A stretch of DNA of 64,000 nucleotides from Bdellovibrionales bacterium (GTDB taxonomy: Bacteria > Bdellovibrionota > Bdellovibrionia > Bdellovibrionales > JAGQZY01): the NCBI GenBank assembly GCA_043757265.1, contig JAYUQP010000067.1, positions 5,617 to 69,616 of the forward strand, written 5' to 3'. Under the pieces are notes generated by a model that saw nothing but the letters and a program-made list of their open reading frames with translations, was not told where the DNA came from and ran no database searches. How positions within the stretch are numbered: position 1 is the first letter of the stretch; every line of letters begins with the position of its first letter. The position numbers and the translations under genes are program-made. Below are positions 58,272 through 64,000 of this stretch, piece by piece.

Positions 58272-58409
58272 ATGAAAGCGCCAACCAAACAACAATTAGA
58301 AAAAAGAGACCACCTACGCGAATTGATTTTACCTAAAGTTTTTGCTCGAGTTTTCGCAGAAGGCGAACGTCGTAAGGTTTTAAAGGTTAAGAAGGATAAA
58401 ACTAAATAA
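58272..58409 (+). CDS. 45-aa basic protein, not in the ORF track
   Basis: AAGGAG RBS; MKAPTKQQLEKRDHLRELILPKVFARVFAEGERRKVLKVKKDKTK; TAATG overlap with the next gene. Confidence 0.7.
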   Translation: MKAPTKQQLEKRDHLRELILPKVFARVFAEGERRKVLKVKKDKTK

Positions 58410-58681
58410 TGAAATACCTCATACTACCCTTCCTCATTTTAACGGCCTGTGGCCAGAGCGAAGACGCCGCAGGTCTGTCTGAATTCAATTACAACTGCCA
58501 GAAGGATGAAGACCTAAGCGGTGGGGGTTTTAACGTATATGCGTGCGCGGAGAGAACGACGCAAGTAACATGCGAAGTTATCCAAAGTACTAACGAATAC
58601 TTTAACGATACGGATTGTTTAGATTTTAGTTTTGTTTCTTTTGAGAACTACTTACGAGATGTCCAAGCTAATAATGAATAG
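58409..58681 (+). CDS. Small Cys-rich lipoprotein
   Basis: MKYLILPFLILTAC lipobox plus four further Cys. Confidence 0.75.
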   Translation: MKYLILPFLILTACGQSEDAAGLSEFNYNCQKDEDLSGGGFNVYACAERTTQVTCEVIQSTNEYFNDTDCLDFSFVSFENYLRDVQANNE

Positions 58682-58964
58682 AATATTATGGTTATTCCTT
58701 ATAACAAATGCCTGTGGCGACGAATCTGTATCACAGAACGCAGCTGCCCACGCTAACGCTACAAGCTATACCTGTAGGTACGAAACCACAGGGCTTGTTC
58801 AAGTATGTATGAACTCAAGTAATTGTAACTCGTACACCGCAGATACATACATCTGCACCAGCGATATCGGAGCCACATGTAGAGCTAGCTATGATTTATA
58901 CGCAAACAATCTTTTAATCACCAGCTGTAATCCGCAAGTTATACCTGCTGAATCTAACTTTTAG
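58674..58964 (+). CDS. Small Cys-rich putative lipoprotein
   Basis: MNRILWLFLITNAC followed by six further Cys; overlaps the previous gene. Confidence 0.7.
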   Translation: MNRILWLFLITNACGDESVSQNAAAHANATSYTCRYETTGLVQVCMNSSNCNSYTADTYICTSDIGATCRASYDLYANNLLITSCNPQVIPAESNF

Positions 58965-59102
58965 TTTAGTTCAAGTCACTTGAAAAATCTAAAGCCCATA
59001 CCTTCAGTTCTTTGAGGCGGTGCCAACCCCAAATACAACAAACGTATGAAACTAAAAGAGTTAAATTGTTCAAATTACCTAACCTAACCAAAGGAATATC
59101 TA

Positions 59103-59285
59103 ATGAAAGAAGTTAAAGACAAAAACTGCTTCTTCTTAAAAATAAAACCCGGAGAAGCCTATTCACTAAGAGAAGGAATCGAAATTTATAACGATTCTAA
59201 AATAAACGTAAGATTGCGTATCTTAACCCCACTAACTGAAACCACTAAAACGGAAGAACCGAAAAATGAAAAACCAACAAAATAA
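59103..59285 (+). CDS. Small hypothetical protein
   Basis: AAGGA RBS, 60 aa, overlaps the next ORF. Confidence 0.6.
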   Translation: MKEVKDKNCFFLKIKPGEAYSLREGIEIYNDSKINVRLRILTPLTETTKTEEPKNEKPTK

Positions 59286-60093
59286 AAATCCCACCGCCTT
59301 TGGAAGAACTACAGCAACATTAAACAATGAAGCGGTTATCGACCTTCAAAAATTCACTGCAATAGCTGATATGCCAGGAGACTGCGAACCGTGGGCCTCT
59401 CTAAAAGAACTTTACAGCAGCGATTCTTTCATAGACCGGGCTACGGCTTGTATTCTTAACGGAGTTGAAAGTTCCAGGAAGAATCCGTTTGCGCTAAGTA
59501 GTCGCCTTCTAGATAGATACTTCCAAGCGGACCCCAACATCAATTACAAGGTCAGTGGTTCAAGGTATAAGATGCTAATCAACCAACTATTAGCCGTTTC
59601 CACTAAAGCCGGTACTCTTCGCTGCATTCAACCACCTAAAAAAGGTACTTCCGGGCAGTCAAACATTGCCGGTAGATACGAAGTTAGTTCTCCGGCAGTG
59701 CTTGCTACTATGCCTTGGATATCTAGTTCACAAGGGTGTTCACAAGGTACTTCACAACCTATGTTACAGAGTAGAGTAGAGCTGAGCGGAGCTCAGCAGA
59801 GTACAGTAGAGTTGAATACAAAGACTTCTTTAACCACTGAGGTAGTAAGTGTAAACGCGGACCTTATTGGGTCCGCTTCATGCGACTTTAGAAAACCACT
59901 TGAAATTCACTACTGCCACACCGTAGCCGAAGCACTGGCTGAGTATTACGAGGCTTTACTGGAGAATGATAAGGTGGGTTTGAGATTGGAACGTGCGCAC
60001 AATGCTAAACGAATCTTCTTCCCCGATTACACGTTTGAAATAGCTTGGAACGATGTAGTGGTTAAAGAGCCCAAGAATCCTGCCGACTTTTAA
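59266..60093 (+). CDS. Putative replication initiator with internal iteron-like repeats
   Basis: Folded N-terminal region, then a low-complexity linker encoded by 12-bp repeats (59726-59773) and AGAGT runs. This layout is typical of lambda O-like initiators; no family motif recognised. Confidence 0.5.
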   Translation: MKNQQNKNPTAFGRTTATLNNEAVIDLQKFTAIADMPGDCEPWASLKELYSSDSFIDRATACILNGVESSRKNPFALSSRLLDRYFQADPNINYKVSGSRYKMLINQLLAVSTKAGTLRCIQPPKKGTSGQSNIAGRYEVSSPAVLATMPWISSSQGCSQGTSQPMLQSRVELSGAQQSTVELNTKTSLTTEVVSVNADLIGSASCDFRKPLEIHYCHTVAEALAEYYEALLENDKVGLRLERAHNAKRIFFPDYTFEIAWNDVVVKEPKNPADF

Positions 60094-60361
60094 TCTGACC
60101 ATGCCCAGTCCCCCAAAAACTGGGGTTTTCGACCTCTAAAAAGCACCTCAAAATATTTTTTTGGTCCCTATTCTTGGACTGTAACTTGGGGTATTTGCGA
60201 AACCCTTAGTAGTTTCAGGGGGCTGTCCCACGTTGCTTATATATAGAGGGTTTGCAAACGCCAAAGTGGCAGATCTTAGACGCCCAGCCTGTCCCGCTGG
60301 CGTTAGTTATAGAGAGACTAAAAATCAAAAGTTGTACCCAACCCATATACCCGGAGTTTGA

Positions 60362-60652
60362 ATGCATACGAATTTAAGCGCCCTTGCATCCTTAGTGATT
60401 AAAGAGCGTGCGTTGCTTGTCGTGGAAAGAATTTGCACATGCTACTACCTAGAGGTGGGTTCATCCGACCTAACAATCAAGGGGCTTTCACGAGTGTTAA
60501 ACATATCAGCGCGCACGCTCAACAGGGTTATTCCACGCCTCCTCTCCCAAGGTATCTTGGTGAAAGAAGAGACTGAGGACTCTAGCACCACAACGCTTAA
60601 GGTTCAGGAACCACAACACTGGAGACTTAGCCGAAGCACACGTATCCGGTAA
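60362..60652 (+). CDS. Winged helix-turn-helix protein
   Basis: LTIKGLSRVLNISARTLNRVIPRLLSQGILVK. Confidence 0.75.
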   Translation: MHTNLSALASLVIKERALLVVERICTCYYLEVGSSDLTIKGLSRVLNISARTLNRVIPRLLSQGILVKEETEDSSTTTLKVQEPQHWRLSRSTRIR

Positions 60653-61206
60653 CGGTGGTGGGCATCACATCTGCAGTCGCGGGTTCTACTTGGATTATTT
60701 TTCGCCGGAATAATTTTAGAAATAATAAATCAAACTCGAATCCATTCGTTCCCCTCGTAGGGGGCAGTTACTAGGTTCTTCCTAGCCGCTTTTAAATACA
60801 ACGGGTAGGCGACGTGCGTCCTGACACTAGTTATTAGTAAAAATACTTAGGTTACTGGTGGTCGAGAATAATTTATAATTATAAAAAGTTCCTTCATTAG
60901 CGCGAATTTCCTTGGGAATTAGAGTTTACCTTCACCAACTGTTACCATATCGAGCGTTAACTCCGTGCACCCGGGAAGTTTATGGTTAGTGCTATCACAA
61001 GATAAATCAAAGATTGGTGATTCGTCACCAGTAGCTGTGTACGTCCACTACGTTCTACACAGAACCGGCAGGAGTTCCGACCCGTGGCCGGTTTTATATA
61101 TCAAAAAATGCTGTTCGAAGTTTCGACATATTGTATTCGGATAGAGAGGACAAGGGGCTTGTTACCCCGGTGGTCCTCACCTTTTTAAATAACGATAGGA
61201 ATATAA

Positions 61207-63030
61207 ATGCAAAAGACAAAACGCACGGCAGAGACAAATGTTCTCCGCGCTGAGATAGACAATTTAACCATTAGAGCAGAATCGCGCTCAGTGAACTTAA
61301 CCTGGACAACGGGATACAAAGGTTTGCGCTCGAGCTACGACGGCCCTTTTTACGAGGAGCTCAGTTTAGACCCCTCTGCCGTTGACCTCACTCACCTCGC
61401 TGCCGGAGCCCCTTTACTCAAATCACACGATGCCACAAACCTAGATTCGGTTGTAGGAGTTGTAGAGAGGGTCTGGTTAAAGGACAATCAAGGTAAAGCC
61501 ACCGTAAGGTTTTCAGACGATCTAGAGTCCGAAAAATTATTCCAAAAAGTAAAGTCAGGAATAATTCGCTCAGTATCCGTCGGTTATTCAGTTGAGCAGT
61601 ACACTGACGTGAGTAAAGAAGGGGACGAAATTCCCACTCTTCGTGCCACACGTTGGACTCCTAGGGAGCTGAGTGCTGTGAGCATTCCGTTCGACCCCGG
61701 AGCCCAATTCTACCGTAATCAAGAAAACAATAAATCAAAACCCGACTTCAATTTTGAGGTCCCAATTATTCAGGAGAAAATAGAAATGAATATTAAAGAT
61801 AACGCCGAACGTACTCGTCAGTCAGAAATTCGCCTAGCCGTCCGCGCAGCTAAACTAGAAGAAATATTCGCAGACCAGCTTTGCGATTCCGATGTAACAG
61901 CTGACGATGCACGTAAGCAAATTATTGCTAAACTTGCTGACGTTAAAGCTGCTACTTCAGTAGAAAACACCGTGAGAGTTGAAGTTGGAGACTCAAGCCA
62001 AGACAAAAAGCGCGCGGGTCTTGTAGACGCAATTGCACATCGTTTGGACAACACGTACAAACCGAATGCAGATGCGCGATTATTTTTAAATAGAACTTTT
62101 CCGTCTATGGTTGAACAATATTTGGGGCGCAAATTGTCGGAGGCCTCCGGCCCGATGATTACCCGCGCGATGTCTACTTCCGACGTTCCGCTAATTTTGG
62201 CTGCATCCGCTGAAAAAAGCATCGCTAATATCTACAATGCTCAGCCTCGTAGTTTTGAATCGTGGGTAAAAAAAGATGTTCTTCGTAATTACAAAACTCA
62301 CTCACGTGTAGCTAGCTCTCAATTTTCCGATCTCGCAGAAAAAGCAGAAAATGGAGAATTCACTTACTCTTTTATCTCTGAAGAAGGCGAAAGTGTATCT
62401 ATCAAACGATACGGACGTATCCTAGGTTTAACTAAAGAAGCTATGGTAAACGACGACCTTGGTGCCCTTGGGCAAGTGATCGCAGAGGCCGGAGCTGCAG
62501 CAGCAAGATTAGAAAACCGATTGGTTTATTCTAAGCTGGCCGCAAACGGCGTGATGTCTGATTCTGTGGCGTTATTCCACGGGACACATTCTAACTTAGG
62601 TACAGCCGGGGCAATTTCAGAAACTACATTAGAAGAGCTCTCTAAATCTATGATGAAACAAAAAAGCGTAGGCGGCGTTGAAAATTTAAATCTAATTCCC
62701 CGCTTTCTTATCTGTGGTCCAGACAATTTAGTTAGTGCGAAAAAGATGTTAGCTCAGATCAGCCCGACTCAATCGAGTTCAAGTAATCCATTTTCTGGTG
62801 CTTACGAAATAGTATGCGATGCTGAAATCTCAAACAAAAATTGGTATCTTGCAGCGGACCCCGCTTCTGTAGACACTGTGACGCTTTATCGCTTACAGGG
62901 AGAAGAGACCCCACGCGTTTATATGAAGGCAAACGACTTCAACACGGGAGACTTCGCACTTAAGATCGAACACTCATGCGGAGCCGGTATCACAAATTAT
63001 CGTGGCCTTGCAAAAAACCCGTTCGTCTAA
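61207..63030 (+). CDS. Prohead protease-major capsid protein fusion (HK97 fold, Mu gpT-like capsid domain)
   Basis: N-terminal PLLKSH..VVGVV, SVSVGY, RELSAVSIPFD protease. C-terminal RAMSTSD.P.IL, ENGEF, RYGR...T.EAMVNDDLG, LFHGTHSNL, NLIPRFLI, WYLAADP, YRGL.KN. Confidence 0.92.
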   Translation: MQKTKRTAETNVLRAEIDNLTIRAESRSVNLTWTTGYKGLRSSYDGPFYEELSLDPSAVDLTHLAAGAPLLKSHDATNLDSVVGVVERVWLKDNQGKATVRFSDDLESEKLFQKVKSGIIRSVSVGYSVEQYTDVSKEGDEIPTLRATRWTPRELSAVSIPFDPGAQFYRNQENNKSKPDFNFEVPIIQEKIEMNIKDNAERTRQSEIRLAVRAAKLEEIFADQLCDSDVTADDARKQIIAKLADVKAATSVENTVRVEVGDSSQDKKRAGLVDAIAHRLDNTYKPNADARLFLNRTFPSMVEQYLGRKLSEASGPMITRAMSTSDVPLILAASAEKSIANIYNAQPRSFESWVKKDVLRNYKTHSRVASSQFSDLAEKAENGEFTYSFISEEGESVSIKRYGRILGLTKEAMVNDDLGALGQVIAEAGAAAARLENRLVYSKLAANGVMSDSVALFHGTHSNLGTAGAISETTLEELSKSMMKQKSVGGVENLNLIPRFLICGPDNLVSAKKMLAQISPTQSSSSNPFSGAYEIVCDAEISNKNWYLAADPASVDTVTLYRLQGEETPRVYMKANDFNTGDFALKIEHSCGAGITNYRGLAKNPFV

Positions 63031-63047
63031 AGTACACGAATTAATCA

Positions 63048-63070
63048 AGGGCCGCATTCAGCGGCTCTTT
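63048..63070 (+). terminator. Hairpin plus T-tract after the capsid gene
   Basis: AGGGCCGC-ATTCA-GCGGCTCT-TT. Confidence 0.55.
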
Positions 63071-63096
63071 AATCTAAACTTAACGGAGAAATAAAT

Positions 63097-63420
63097 ATGA
63101 AAAATTTCATTCAAGATGGAACACGCATGAGACACACAGCTACGGCTGTTGCTGCTTCAGGTAGTGTAATACTAGTTGGCAATCGTGTCGGCGTTGCCAC
63201 TGCCGATATCGCAATTGGTGCGACAGGTGATTTAGCGATGCTAGGTGTGTTCAGTCTTCCTAAAGCTTCTGCTGATAACTTTGTTATTGGTGCCCAAGTA
63301 TACTGGGACAACACATCGAAAGTTATGACTTCAGTCACAACTGGTAACACACTTGCCGGATACGTTGCTGAGCCTGCTTCTGCGGCTACCACTAGTGCTA
63401 AAATTTGCATTAATGCCTAA
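63097..63420 (+). CDS. DUF2190 family capsid decoration/cement protein
   Basis: MKNFIQDG...SG..I.VG..VGVA..DIA.G..G....GVF.LPK...G..VYWD; GGAG RBS; directly after the capsid gene. Confidence 0.88.
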   Translation: MKNFIQDGTRMRHTATAVAASGSVILVGNRVGVATADIAIGATGDLAMLGVFSLPKASADNFVIGAQVYWDNTSKVMTSVTTGNTLAGYVAEPASAATTSAKICINA

Positions 63421-63479
63421 ACATTTGGACTTCTCTTAGAGGAGTTCAATTCTCTTATCCAAAAACACAGGAAAATTAA

Positions 63480-63902
63480 GTGGAAGAAATACAAATTCAA
63501 ATTAACAATTATATTTTCAATATCGTACTTACAAACACTCATAGAGAAGAAGTAGTAAACGTCTCCTCAAAGATAAAAGAGCTCCCCGGGCTAGACGAAA
63601 CTACACAGAATCTTACACAGCACTTAATACTCATTAAATACATGGTGAAGTCGATGAAAGATGAAAACAATAACCACTTTCGGTTGGAGTTCGATAAAGA
63701 TTCTAGCCTCTCGTTAGAATCCGTTAGAGACCTACTCAGCCTAGCGGAAGATCCTGCACAACAAGACACCCTTGCTAAACTATATCTGATTTTAATCCAG
63801 GTACTCGCTGGGTCAAACGGTCGTTCGTTCATTGACCAACACGGCAATGCTTTGGCTGGCGTGAAGATTATTGAATCCAATCGTAACCCCACCTTCCACT
63901 AA
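63480..63902 (+). CDS. Hypothetical phage protein, possible tail assembly chaperone
   Basis: 140 aa, acidic, with KYMVKSMKDE...LEFD...VRDLL. Size and composition are TAC-like; no firm motif. Confidence 0.4.
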   Translation: MEEIQIQINNYIFNIVLTNTHREEVVNVSSKIKELPGLDETTQNLTQHLILIKYMVKSMKDENNNHFRLEFDKDSSLSLESVRDLLSLAEDPAQQDTLAKLYLILIQVLAGSNGRSFIDQHGNALAGVKIIESNRNPTFH

Positions 63903-63970
63903 AACTAATTTCATAAATTATACTGATACAACCCTAAACATTAAATCTACACCAACAAACAGGAGCAATT

Positions 63971-64000
63971 ATGGACGCATCTGCATTTTTTCAAGGTACC
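63971..64000 (+). CDS. Start of the next element gene (MDASAFFQGT...), truncated by the window
   Basis: AGGAG RBS and ATG at 63971. Confidence 0.6.
   Translation, partial: MDASAFFQGT

Larger units (their letters stand above)
54022..64000 (+). mobile_element. tRNA-fMet-integrated phage-related element (satellite-like or rearranged prophage); right end outside the window
   Basis: Tyrosine integrase next to the tRNA, followed by tape measure, Rep-like, protease-capsid and DUF2190 genes; visibly more AT-rich than the host genes. Confidence 0.9.

Noticed and set aside
60919-61050. Short minus-strand open frame (WTYTATGDESPIFDLSC...)
   Set aside because: Bounded by stops with no start codon or RBS at its 5' end.
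63097-63420. RecA/RadA recombinase (a label sometimes attached to DUF2190)
   Set aside because: 107 aa with no Walker motifs; its position after the capsid gene fits a decoration protein.
54022-64000. Gene transfer agent or tailocin
   Set aside because: A tRNA-linked integrase and a Rep-like gene argue against a GTA. A capsid gene with no sheath, tube or baseplate argues against a tailocin.
54022-64000. attR / element right boundary
   Set aside because: No copy of the tRNA 3' end was seen in the window, so element size cannot be stated.

Overview
Bacterial chromosomal window. The gene repertoire and the AAAGGTACCAAGTACCTTTT-type palindromes suggest Bdellovibrionota/Oligoflexia; this is an inference. 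Positions 1-17.3 kb hold membrane, redox and efflux genes plus secreted proteins: a DedA/TVP38-fused flavin disulfide reductase operon, a CNNM-CBS protein, LysR-TolC-RND, a C25 gingipain-like protease and SohB. Positions 17.4-39.4 kb are a strand-scrambled Wzx/Wzc-type polysaccharide locus with 7 GT4, 2 GT2, 4 SAM methyltransferases, a nucleotidyltransferase and no visible Wzy. An RlmN-family gene and an orphan PqqD/RRE gene sit inside it. Positions 39.4-53.8 kb are mostly housekeeping genes (endonuclease I, DsbA-like, pfkA, ABC-2, Y-family polymerase, prfC, trhO, hflX). From 53.9 kb to the window end, an element is integrated at tRNA-fMet with an unusual compact order: integrase, tape measure protein, small regulators and two lipoproteins, an iteron-bearing putative Rep, a protease-capsid fusion, DUF2190 and a putative tail chaperone. 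No terminase, portal or tail-tube genes appear where a normal prophage would carry them. The best candidate for a new system is therefore a phage satellite encoding its own capsid and tape measure protein. Its right end is outside the window. All calls come from motif recognition by eye; no searches were run.
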